DNA from: Planctomycetota bacterium
Lineage (GTDB): Bacteria; Planctomycetota; B15-G4
Reading direction: 5' to 3'
Assembly (NCBI GenBank): GCA_038212275.1
Contig: JBBQUR010000006.1
Coordinates: 1-64,000, forward strand
Length of the DNA stretch: 64,000 nucleotides
This document shows, one piece after another, positions 50,321 to 59,355 of this stretch (the first letter of the stretch is position 1; the number at the start of each line of letters is the position of its first letter). A program made the translations under genes and the position numbers. Under the pieces are notes generated by a model. That model was not told the origin of the DNA. It saw only the letters and a program-made list of their open reading frames with translations, and ran no database searches.

Positions 50321-53026
50321 TTGGGCCTTTCAACCGGACGATGGAGCGCCGCGGGCGCTTTGCTGATCTTCGTGCTGCTGGCGGCAGGGCTGCTGCACGA
50401 AGGCATGCCGCCAGGCATGGTCATGCTTTCGAGCGAAGCGGTGCAGCACGCGCTGCCATGGTCCGCCGTGATGGAGCCGCTGCCGCCGCACAACGCCTTC
50501 CTGGGCGATCAGACCCGCATCGCCTACCCGTACCTGCTGGAGGCAGCCGAGGTCTACCGCGGGGCTGCCGACGCGCTGTGGACGTCCCGCGGCGGTGGCG
50601 GGCTGCCGTTTCTCGGCAACATGACGTCGTCGCTGTTCCACCCGCTCACGCTGCTGGTGGCGGTGCTGCCGGTGGAGCGCGTCCCGCTGCTGGCGGGCTT
50701 CCTCGTGCTCGTGCTGTCGGCGCAGTTCACCTACCTGTTCCTGCGGCGCCTGCGGCTGAGGTTCGCGCCGGCGCTCTTCGGCGGGCTGGCCTTCGGCATC
50801 GGCGGTCATCAGGTCGTGTGGTTGCAGTACGCGTTGTCGCACACGCTGCTGGCGCTGCCCTTCTGCTTCTGGGCGGTCGAGCGGCTGGTCGAGGACCGCA
50901 GCCGCGGGCGCGTCGCCGTGCTGGCCATCGGCTTTTCCCTGCTGGTCTTCGGCGGTCATCCGGAGACGGCCTTCGTGGCCTCAGCCGTGACCAGTTTGTG
51001 GGCGCTCTGGCGGCTCTGGGATGCGCACGGGCGCTTCCTGGTCGTCGGGGCCGTGCTGCTTGGCGCGGCGCTGTCCGCGGTGCAGTGGTTGCCCTTCCTC
51101 GAATACGCGCTCGACAGTCACGGCATGACGCTGCGCCTGCGCGAGGCCGAGCGCAGCGTGAGCGGCGTCACGTGGGGGGCTGCCGCCGTCTTCGGACTTT
51201 TTCTGCTGGCGGCGCTGGCTCTCCTCCGGGCCAGTGCCGAGAAGGGCGTCTTCAAGCGCTTCGCGGCGCTCATCAGCGGCATCGTGGTGCTCGTCATGGC
51301 CCGGCGCATGGGCATGGCCGTCTCGGCGTCCACGACCTTCCTGCCCGAGCTCTATGGCACGCCGGTCGGCGGCGGCAGCTACACCGGAGCGCAGGACTTC
51401 CCGGGGCTCGCGTCCGGCTTCGTCGGCGTGCTGCCGGCATTGCTGCTCGCGGTGGGCGCGCTGGCCGGGATGGGCGGCGGCTTCGTCCGCTTCTTCGCGA
51501 TCGCCGGCCTCGCGCTCTGGGGCACGGCCTTCCACATGCCGGCGGTCGAGATGGCCGTGCGCATGCTGCCCGGCATGGAGCAGATGGAGCCGACGCGCTT
51601 CCTCGGCACGGTCGGCTTCCTCGTCGCATGCGGCGGCGCGATGGTGCTCGACATTCTCTGCGACCGGGCCCAGAAGGCCGGCGTGCTTGCGGGCGCGCGG
51701 CGCATCGCGATCACGCTGGCGTGCGTGCTGGTCGGCGCCTGGCTGGTGCTGTCCATGCGCGACGGTTCGGCCGGCGGACGCACGGTGATCGCCGGCCTCC
51801 TCGAGCCCTCGCCCGACGCGGTCTGCGACGGCAGCGCGCCCGTGCCGATCCGCGTGCCGCTCACGCAGCCCGTGGACGACCTCTCCATCGTGGTGGATGG
51901 CAGGGTGCTGCGCTCGGGGCCGGCGGCCGTGCCGCCCGAAGGCCTTCCCGTGCAGGTCATGTATCTCAGCCAGCGTGGCGAGGAGGGCGTGCACTGGTTG
52001 CGCGTCGAGGCGACGACGGGCGGCGTGCGCTCGGTGCTGGCCGACCAGCCGCTGGTCATCTGGCGCAAGCGCGCGCTGCTCCCGCGCGATGCCTTCGCCG
52101 CCGCGGCCTCGGTCCTGCTGCTGCTGCTGCTGACCACGCGGCACAGGCCGTGGTTCGCCTGGGCGGCGGCGGTCGTCGTCGGTGCGGACGTGTTCTCCTT
52201 CGGCTACGGCTACAACGCCGCCACGCCGGTGGAGCGTCTCTATCCGCCGACGCGCACGGTGGACTTCCTGAGGCAGCAGGAGCAGCCGTTCCGCATCTTC
52301 ACCGAGGGCAACATCCTCCCGCCCGACACGCAGTTTGCCGCGGGCCTCGAGCACCTCCTCAGCTACGACAATCTCGGCTACCACCGCACCTATCAGTGGC
52401 TGCTCGAGCTGATGAACATGGACGCGTACGCGACGTACTCGTTCTCGCGTGCCAATGCCTACTACGCCAAGCCGGGCTTCGACGTGCTCGACGTGCGCTA
52501 CATCGTCACCGCCCCCGACACGGACCTGTTCGACATCGAGGGCCTGCGCCTGGTGCACGAGAGCGAGACCCGCGTCTGGGAGAACACCGACAATCTGGGG
52601 CGCGTCTTCGTCGTCGGTGCGGCACTCAACCTGAAGAGCGATCCGCTCGCGGAACTCTCGCGCGCCGACGCGCGCACGACGGCCTTCCTCGAGACGACCC
52701 TCGACACGCGTCTCGGCGGACGCGGCACGGCGCACATCACGAGCCGGCACGGAGGACGCATCGCGGTGGCGGCGGACATCGACGGCGATGCGCTGCTCGT
52801 GCTCGTGGAGAATCGCGGCCCCGGCTGGCTCTGCTCCGTCGACGGCGGCGAGCCGGCGCCCACCCTCGCCTGCGACGTCGCGTGGCAGGCCGTGCCGCTC
52901 GGCACGGGGCATCACGACCTCGTCTTCTGGCTGGACTCGCCGGCCTACCGCTGGGGCAGGAACCTGTCGCTGGCGGCCGCCGTGCTGCTGCTGGGCATGC
53001 TGCTCGTGCCCCGCAGATTCTCCTGA
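50321..53026 (+). CDS. YfhO-family (GT-C fold) membrane protein with inserted beta-rich soluble domain; start uncertain
   Basis: ALWTSRGGGGLPFLGN..SLFHPL, GGHPET, VQWLPFLEY, LYPPT, LDVRYIV, PGWLCSVDG, AVPLGTGHH. Confidence 0.85.
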   Translation: MGLSTGRWSAAGALLIFVLLAAGLLHEGMPPGMVMLSSEAVQHALPWSAVMEPLPPHNAFLGDQTRIAYPYLLEAAEVYRGAADALWTSRGGGGLPFLGNMTSSLFHPLTLLVAVLPVERVPLLAGFLVLVLSAQFTYLFLRRLRLRFAPALFGGLAFGIGGHQVVWLQYALSHTLLALPFCFWAVERLVEDRSRGRVAVLAIGFSLLVFGGHPETAFVASAVTSLWALWRLWDAHGRFLVVGAVLLGAALSAVQWLPFLEYALDSHGMTLRLREAERSVSGVTWGAAAVFGLFLLAALALLRASAEKGVFKRFAALISGIVVLVMARRMGMAVSASTTFLPELYGTPVGGGSYTGAQDFPGLASGFVGVLPALLLAVGALAGMGGGFVRFFAIAGLALWGTAFHMPAVEMAVRMLPGMEQMEPTRFLGTVGFLVACGGAMVLDILCDRAQKAGVLAGARRIAITLACVLVGAWLVLSMRDGSAGGRTVIAGLLEPSPDAVCDGSAPVPIRVPLTQPVDDLSIVVDGRVLRSGPAAVPPEGLPVQVMYLSQRGEEGVHWLRVEATTGGVRSVLADQPLVIWRKRALLPRDAFAAAASVLLLLLLTTRHRPWFAWAAAVVVGADVFSFGYGYNAATPVERLYPPTRTVDFLRQQEQPFRIFTEGNILPPDTQFAAGLEHLLSYDNLGYHRTYQWLLELMNMDAYATYSFSRANAYYAKPGFDVLDVRYIVTAPDTDLFDIEGLRLVHESETRVWENTDNLGRVFVVGAALNLKSDPLAELSRADARTTAFLETTLDTRLGGRGTAHITSRHGGRIAVAADIDGDALLVLVENRGPGWLCSVDGGEPAPTLACDVAWQAVPLGTGHHDLVFWLDSPAYRWGRNLSLAAAVLLLGMLLVPRRFS

Positions 53027-53233
53027 GCGACCGCGGGGTCGGACGGGGGCCGTTCCGGCATGCCGCTGCCGGGGCTCCGGCCCGGTCGCTTGCTCTCAAG
53101 GCGCGGCGCCGGCGCTCTCGATAGGCCTTCCCGGATCCATGCCCTCCGGCACGGCACCGCGTGCGCACGTCGGCCGCGTCCTCCCGGCGGGCTCCGCAAC
53201 ACCCCGACGAGGCCTCGACAGCGGGGCGACTCC

Positions 53234-55318
53234 ATGAGCCAGCGCAGCGACGACCGCCTCTCCACACCGCGCGAACTCTTCGGCGGCAGTCCAGGCGACC
53301 CGCCTGCCGGCGGCTACATCCAGCTCGCGCGACAGCTCGATCAGCGCCGCCAATGGGCCGAGCTGAACTGGGCCGGGAGCCTCGACCAGTACCTCGACCT
53401 CGTCCGCGCCGATCCGCGCCTGGCGCGCAACGCCTACCAGCGGCTGCACGACATGATCGTGTCCTGGGGCGTCGACGCCGCGCCGTCCGGAAGCGAGGGG
53501 CCGGCGCACTATCGCTTCTTCAGGGACCCCGTCGCCGACGGGCGTGATGCGATCTTCGGGCTCGAGCAGCCGCTGGCCGACCTCGTCGCGCACCTGCGGG
53601 CTGCCGCGCACGGCCTCGGCGCCGAGCGGCGCGTGCTGCTGCTGCACGGGCCCGTGGGTTCGTCCAAGAGCACGATCGCGCGGCTGCTCAAGCGCGGCCT
53701 CGATCTCGTCTCGCGGCAGCCCGAGGGTGCCGTCTACAGCTACCGCTGGCACGTGGACGGCGAGGTCCACGACTGCCCGATGCACGAGGACCCGCTGCAC
53801 CTGCTGCCGGCCCCGGTGCGCGAGTCCGTGTTCAAGGACCTCAACGCGCGCTTCGGCGGCGACTACCGGCTGGCGCCCACCGGCAAGCTGTGCCCGGTGT
53901 GCCGCTTCTACTACGAGAAGCTGCTCAAGGACTCCGGCGGCGACTTCGGGGCGGTGGAGCGCGCGGTGGAATGCTTCCGCTTCGTGTTCAGCGAGCAGGA
54001 TCGCGTCGGCATCGGCACCTTCCAGCCGAAGGACGAGAAGAACCAGGACAGCACGGAGCTGACCGGCGACATCAACTACCGGCTCATCGCGCTCTACGGC
54101 AGCGACAGCGATCCGCGTGCGTTCAATTTCGACGGCGAATTCCACGTCGCCAACCGCGGGCTGATCGAATTCGTCGAGATCCTCAAGCTCGATGTGGCCT
54201 TCCTCTACGACCTGCTCGGCGCGAGCCAGGAACACACGGTGAAGCCCAAGAAGTTCGCGCAGACGGACATCGACGAGGTGATCCTCGGGCACACCAACAG
54301 CCCGGAGTTCCGCCGGCTGCAGAACAACGAGCTGATGGAGGCCTTCCGCGACCGCACGACGCGCATCGACATCCCGTACAACACGCGCCTCGCCGACGAG
54401 GTCCGCATCTACGCGAAGACCTTCGGGACAGGCGCTTGCGCGGGCCGACACCTCGCGCCGCATGCGCTGGAGGCCGCCGCGATGTGGGCCGTGCTCACGC
54501 GCCTCGCGGAGCCGAAGAACCACGCCGTCACGCTCGTGCAGAAAATGCACCTCTACGACGGCCGGGCCGTGTCGGGTTTCACGCCCGCGTCCGTGTCCGA
54601 GCTGCGTGGCGAGGCGCCGGCCGAGGGCATGACCGGCGTGTCTCCGCGCTACATCCAGGACCGCATCGCGGCCGCGCTCGTCGCGGAGCGGGCCCCGCCG
54701 TGCCTCACGGGCTTCGACGTGCTCGCATCGCTGGAGCGCGGCCTCGCCAACCACCCGCTCATCGACAGCGACGAGGTGCGTCGGCGCTACGCGGACCTGA
54801 TCGGCGTCGTGCGCGACGAGCTGGAGAACACGCTCAAGGACGAGGTGCGGGCGGCCGTCGCCGCGGACACCGAGGCCGTGCAGCGGCTGTGCTGCAACTA
54901 CGTCGATTCGGTCAGCCTCTCCGTGGATGGGGGAGCTTCCGCCGACGAGCGGCTCATGCGCTCCGTCGAGGAGAAGATCGGCGTCACCGAGGCGCGCAAA
55001 GGCGACTTCCGGCGCGAGATCGTGAACTACATCGATGCGCTCTCCGCGCGCGGCGAGAGCTTCACCTACCTGTCCAATCCGCGCCTGCGGCACGCGCTCG
55101 AGCTCAAGCTCTTCGAGGGCTGCCGCGACTCGTTCAAGCTCACCGCCGGCAGCAGCAGCGTCATCGACCGGGACGCCGCCGAGAAAGTGGACGTCATGGC
55201 GGCGCGGCTGGTGCGCGATCGCGGCTACTGCGAGCGCTGCGCGGCGCGCGCGCTGGACCACGTCGCCTCGGTGTTCGCCCGCGGCGAGCCGCGGCCGCCG
55301 GCCGACGACACGCCGTGA
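53234..55318 (+). CDS. prkA: PrkA/YeaG family AAA+ 'serine protein kinase'
   Basis: RNAYQRLHDMI, LLLHGPVGSSKST P-loop, CPMHEDPL, FQPKDEKNQDSTELTG, ANRGLIEFVE, GVSPRYIQD. Confidence 0.95.
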   Translation: MSQRSDDRLSTPRELFGGSPGDPPAGGYIQLARQLDQRRQWAELNWAGSLDQYLDLVRADPRLARNAYQRLHDMIVSWGVDAAPSGSEGPAHYRFFRDPVADGRDAIFGLEQPLADLVAHLRAAAHGLGAERRVLLLHGPVGSSKSTIARLLKRGLDLVSRQPEGAVYSYRWHVDGEVHDCPMHEDPLHLLPAPVRESVFKDLNARFGGDYRLAPTGKLCPVCRFYYEKLLKDSGGDFGAVERAVECFRFVFSEQDRVGIGTFQPKDEKNQDSTELTGDINYRLIALYGSDSDPRAFNFDGEFHVANRGLIEFVEILKLDVAFLYDLLGASQEHTVKPKKFAQTDIDEVILGHTNSPEFRRLQNNELMEAFRDRTTRIDIPYNTRLADEVRIYAKTFGTGACAGRHLAPHALEAAAMWAVLTRLAEPKNHAVTLVQKMHLYDGRAVSGFTPASVSELRGEAPAEGMTGVSPRYIQDRIAAALVAERAPPCLTGFDVLASLERGLANHPLIDSDEVRRRYADLIGVVRDELENTLKDEVRAAVAADTEAVQRLCCNYVDSVSLSVDGGASADERLMRSVEEKIGVTEARKGDFRREIVNYIDALSARGESFTYLSNPRLRHALELKLFEGCRDSFKLTAGSSSVIDRDAAEKVDVMAARLVRDRGYCERCAARALDHVASVFARGEPRPPADDTP

Positions 55319-56436
55319 CCGGCCCGGACGGCGGCGCCGGAGGACGCATCGAGCGCGATCGCTCGCGCTTCCAGGACATCGTCCGCGGCGCGATCAAGCG
55401 CGACCTGAAGCGCTACGTCACGGGCAGCGAGCTCATCGGCCGCAAGGGTCGTCATCTCGTCTCGATCCCGGTGCCGCGCATCGAGCTGCCGCGCTTCCGC
55501 TTCGGCAGGAACGGCCGCGGCAAAGGGAACGGCGAAGGCGAGGGGGACGGCGAGGGCCAGCCGGGCGAGGGCAGCGCCGCGGGAGCCGCCGGCGGCCAGC
55601 CGGGCGCGCACCTGCTCGAAGTCGAGCTGTCGCTGGAGGAGCTTGCAGCGATCCTCGGCGAGGAACTGGAGCTGCCGAACATCGAGCCGCGCGGCCGGGC
55701 GCGCATCTCGTCACCGAGCCGGCGCTTCTCGGCGCTGAGGCGCACCGGGCCGCGCTCGCTGCGCCACATGCGGCGCACGTATCGCGAGGCGCTCAAGCGA
55801 CAGATCGTCACCGGCAGCTTCGACCCTGCCGATCCGTGCATCGTGCCCCACGCGGACGACCTGCGTTTCCGTTCGTGGAAGGAGACGTCGCGGCCGGATC
55901 ACGCCGCGATGATCCTGTACATGATGGACGTGTCCGGCTCGATGGGGCGCGAGCAGAAGGAGATCGTCCGGCTGGTGTCCTTCTGGATCGACACGTGGTT
56001 GCGCAGCCAGTACCGGAGCCTGCAGACGCGCTACGTCGTGCACGACGCCGTGGCCAGGGAAGTGGACCAGCAGACCTTCTACCGGCTGCGGGAATCGGGA
56101 GGCACGAAGATCAGCTCGGCTTACTCGCTGGCCGCCGACCTCGTCGAGCAGGAGTTCCCGGCGAGCGAGTGGAACCTCTATCTCTTCCATTTCTCCGACG
56201 GCGACAACTGGTCGGGGCGCGACACGGAGAAGTGCATGTCGCTGCTGCGCGAACGCCTGCTGCCCTCGTGCAATCTCTTCTGCTACGGCCAGGTGAAGAG
56301 CGCCTACGGCTCCGGGCAATTCAAGAAGGACGTGGACGGCGCACTGTCCGGCGAGGAGGGAGTCATCACCGCGGAGATCCTGGATCGCTCGGGGATCCTG
56401 CCCGCCATCAAGTCCTTCCTCGGCAAGGGCCGCTGA
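55315..56436 (+). CDS. YeaH/YhbH (DUF444) vWA-domain protein
   Basis: IERDRSRFQDIVRG, ELELPNIEPR, MMDVSGSMG (MIDAS-like), ESGGTKISSAY, FHFSDGDNW; GTG overlaps prkA stop. Confidence 0.93.
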   Translation: MTGPDGGAGGRIERDRSRFQDIVRGAIKRDLKRYVTGSELIGRKGRHLVSIPVPRIELPRFRFGRNGRGKGNGEGEGDGEGQPGEGSAAGAAGGQPGAHLLEVELSLEELAAILGEELELPNIEPRGRARISSPSRRFSALRRTGPRSLRHMRRTYREALKRQIVTGSFDPADPCIVPHADDLRFRSWKETSRPDHAAMILYMMDVSGSMGREQKEIVRLVSFWIDTWLRSQYRSLQTRYVVHDAVAREVDQQTFYRLRESGGTKISSAYSLAADLVEQEFPASEWNLYLFHFSDGDNWSGRDTEKCMSLLRERLLPSCNLFCYGQVKSAYGSGQFKKDVDGALSGEEGVITAEILDRSGILPAIKSFLGKGR

Positions 56437-56441
56437 GGCTC

Positions 56442-57740
56442 ATGTCCGCTCCCGGGGCAGACCTGCGTGCGCTGCAATCCGAGGTGGAGGCGCGTGCGCG
56501 CGAGCTCGGTCTGCACGTGCCCGAGATCGTGTACGAGGTGGTGGATCATCGAGAGCTGAACGAGATCGCGGCCTACGGCGGTTTTCCCGTGCGCTACCAG
56601 CACTGGCGCTTCGGCATGGACTACGACCGGCTCATCAAGGGCCATGCCTACGGCCTGCAGCGCATCTACGAACTGGTCGTGAACACGGGCCCGGTGGTCG
56701 CATACCTGCTCAGGCAGAACGCGCCGGTCGAGCAGAAGCTCGTGATGGCGCACGTGTGCGGCCATGCGGATTTCTTCCGGCGCAACGCGTGGTTCGCCCA
56801 CACCGACCTGCACATGCTGGACACGATGGCGAGCCATGGCTCGCGCGTGGCTGCGCTGGCGGACCGCTTCGGCCGCGACGAGGTGGAGAGCTTCATCGAC
56901 CGCGTGCTGTCCGTGGACAATCTCGTGGATGCTTCGTCGCTCGGGCGCTCGCGCGGTCGGCCGGGCAATGCGCCCAGCCTCGATCACGGCGCGTCGCCCG
57001 GCGACATCCTGGGCCACCTGCTGCTCCGCGCGCCGCTCACGGACTGGCAGCAGGAAGTGCTGGCGATGCTGCGCGACGAGGCCTGCTACTTCCTGCCGCA
57101 GATGCTCACCAAGATCATGAACGAGGGCTGGGCAAGCTTCTGGCACAGCCGGCTCATGACCGGCACGCTGCTCCGCGACGCCGAGGTCGTGGACTATGCG
57201 CTGCAGCACGCGGGCGCCATGGGCGGCACGGACGGCCCCATGAATCCCTACAAGCTGGGCCTCGAGCTCTACCGCCACCTGGAACGGTGCGGCGGCCGCG
57301 ACGAGACTGCGGGACTCGCCGCCGCGTTCGAGGCGCGCGCCGTGCACAACGACCTGACCTTCGTGGACGAAGTGCTCGATGAGGACTTCGCGCGGGTGCA
57401 CCGACTCGGTGACACGACGGCGGAGTTCGCCGCTGCCAAGGAGGCGCTGCTCGCGTCGCTCACGAACGCCGGGCAGCCGGTGCTGCGGCGACTGCCCGGC
57501 GATGGCCCCGAGCTCGAGCTGCAGCATGTCTGGAGCGGCTCCGAGCTGCAGCTCGAGCAAGCCGAGGACACGCTGCGCAACCTCGGCGCGCTCTGGGGTG
57601 GCACGGTGCGCCTGCACACGCGCGTCGAAAACCGGGAGCTGCTGCTGACGTGCGCCGCCTCGGTCGTGACGCGCGAGCACGGAGAGGTGCTTGGCGAGGG
57701 CGGCCGGCGGGCCGCGGCATCCGCACCGCGGGTGAGCTGA
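56442..57740 (+). CDS. spoVR: SpoVR/YcgB family protein
   Basis: AYGGFPVRYQHWRFGM, IYELVVN, KLVMAHVCGHADFF, TKIMNEGWASFWH, NPYKLG. Confidence 0.93.
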   Translation: MSAPGADLRALQSEVEARARELGLHVPEIVYEVVDHRELNEIAAYGGFPVRYQHWRFGMDYDRLIKGHAYGLQRIYELVVNTGPVVAYLLRQNAPVEQKLVMAHVCGHADFFRRNAWFAHTDLHMLDTMASHGSRVAALADRFGRDEVESFIDRVLSVDNLVDASSLGRSRGRPGNAPSLDHGASPGDILGHLLLRAPLTDWQQEVLAMLRDEACYFLPQMLTKIMNEGWASFWHSRLMTGTLLRDAEVVDYALQHAGAMGGTDGPMNPYKLGLELYRHLERCGGRDETAGLAAAFEARAVHNDLTFVDEVLDEDFARVHRLGDTTAEFAAAKEALLASLTNAGQPVLRRLPGDGPELELQHVWSGSELQLEQAEDTLRNLGALWGGTVRLHTRVENRELLLTCAASVVTREHGEVLGEGGRRAAASAPRVS

Positions 57741-57822
57741 GGGCCGCGCGCACGGCGGCGGGCCGACTGGACGGCTGTCGGTGCGCGCCGCTATACCGCG
57801 GCGCCCGCAGGAGGCCAGCCGA

Positions 57823-58503
57823 GTGTCTGAACTTGCCGTGATCTTCGACATGGACGGCGTCCTGGCGGATACCGAGCCGACGCACCTGGCCAGCACCCGT
57901 ACGCTCCTGGAACGCCACGGGGTGTCGCTCGATGCCGCCTTCTACGCGCGCTGCATGGGCATGGCGGAGCAGCCCTTTTTCGAGCTGCTCGTGCGGCATT
58001 TCGGACTGTCCGCGGACCCGGCGCTGCTGGCGCGCGAGCGGCTGGCGCTGTCCCTGGTGGCGCTGGCGGAGGCGCCGCTGCTGCCCACGGAGGGTGCGCT
58101 GGAATGCCTGCTGGCGCTGCGACTGGACGGGTTCCGCCTCGCGCTGGCCTCGTCGGCAAGCCGGGAGCAGGTGGCGCTCGTCGTGGAGAGGCTGGGCCTC
58201 GGCTCGTTGCTCGATGCGCAGGTCTGCGCCCAGGATGTCGCGCGCGCGAAGCCCGCGCCGGACATCTTCCTCGAGGCGGCGCGTCGGCTTGGCGTCTCTC
58301 CGGAGGACTGTCTCGTGGTGGAGGATGCCGTGCTGGGAGTCGCGGCCGCGCGAGCGGCAGGCATGAACGCGGTGGCCCTGCTTTCGTCAGGCGCCGAGGG
58401 CGCGGCACACCTTGCTGCCGGCGCATCGGCCTGCCTGCGGACACTGCACGAGCTCACTCCGGAGCGTGCGGCGGGATGGGCGAGCGATCGGATGCACCCG
58501 TAA
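57823..58503 (+). CDS. HAD-family phosphatase (beta-PGM/CbbY-like)
   Basis: VIFDMDGVLADTE, LASSA, KPAPDIFL, VVEDAVLG. Confidence 0.92.
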   Translation: MSELAVIFDMDGVLADTEPTHLASTRTLLERHGVSLDAAFYARCMGMAEQPFFELLVRHFGLSADPALLARERLALSLVALAEAPLLPTEGALECLLALRLDGFRLALASSASREQVALVVERLGLGSLLDAQVCAQDVARAKPAPDIFLEAARRLGVSPEDCLVVEDAVLGVAAARAAGMNAVALLSSGAEGAAHLAAGASACLRTLHELTPERAAGWASDRMHP

Positions 58504-58533
58504 AAACTGACGGGCGCCCCCGAAGGGGCGCCC
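58501..58533 (-). terminator. Intrinsic terminator downstream of the microprotein gene
   Basis: 9-bp stem GGGCGCCCC/GGGGCGCCC with TTCG loop on the minus strand, followed by GTCAGTTTTT. Confidence 0.75.
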
Positions 58534-58565
58534 ATCGGCAAGGACAGAAGAAATCGCGCGAGCGA

Positions 58566-58649
58566 CTACTTCTTGCGGCGCGCGGTCTTCTTCGTCGCCT
58601 TCTTGCGGCCAGCCTTCTTGGTGGCCTTCTTCTTTGCCTTCTTGGCCAT
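58566..58649 (-). CDS. 27-aa Lys/Ala/Arg-rich microprotein MAKKAKKKATKKAGRKKATKKTARRKK (histone H1-tail/protamine-like)
   Basis: RBS AAAGGGAG 8 nt before ATG; uniform AAG/GCC/GCG codons; TAG stop followed by a terminator. Confidence 0.8.
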   Translation of the reverse strand: MAKKAKKKATKKAGRKKATKKTARRKK

Positions 58650-58980
58650 GACAGATTCTCCCTTTGAACAAAGGTAACGGAAGCTCGGTTGCTCCGTTTC
58701 CGTTGTTATCGGTGATCCTGCGCCGGAATGAAGCGCAGACTCGCGCGACGTGCGCGACGGAGCGTTGCCTCGTCGCGTGCACGCGCGTTGCGAACAGCGT
58801 TGCCATCGCATCGCGCATCACGCACGGTGCGCGTGCGACGCGTTCGTGGTGATCACCCGGAAACGTCGCAACGACGCGGGCTTCCGGGAGGGAGCCTCCG
58901 CGCGCGTCGTGTCAAGCGGCGCTCTTCAGGCAGGGCGGGCCAAGGCGGCCGGATACCGCCTTGCGACCCCGATTCCGGGG

Positions 58981-58998
58981 CCAAAAAATATTTTTTGG
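58981..58998. promoter_or_regulatory. Perfect 18-bp AT-rich palindrome CCAAAAAATATTTTTTGG
   Basis: Lies between the divergent microprotein and tRNA-Arg units; strongly contrasts with the surrounding GC content. Confidence 0.6.
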
Positions 58999-59183
58999 AA
59001 TGGGCCTAAAGTGCCCCCTCCGGCCGTGCTCCGGAGGCCCTCCGGGAGGGGACGCGCACGGTCCACGACGCCTGGAGCAGGTGTGCGCGCAGGACGTTCG
59101 CACCGTGTCGATGCCGCCGCGGTTGACTTCGAGGCGGCGGGACGGAATCCTCTGCACCCTCACTCGCGAGTGCTGGCGAGCAT

Positions 59184-59260
<77 letters not shown>

Positions 59261-59355
59261 CTCCTGGCGACGCGCGGCCTGCCGTGTGCGCCCGCGCCGG
59301 ACAGCCGACCGCGCCGGACAGCCGACCAAGCCGGCAGGGGATGCCTCAACGCCGC

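Noticed and set aside
58887..58915. Perfect TTGACA on the minus strand as the microprotein promoter
   Set aside because: No plausible -10 hexamer at 16-18 nt spacing (CCCTCC)
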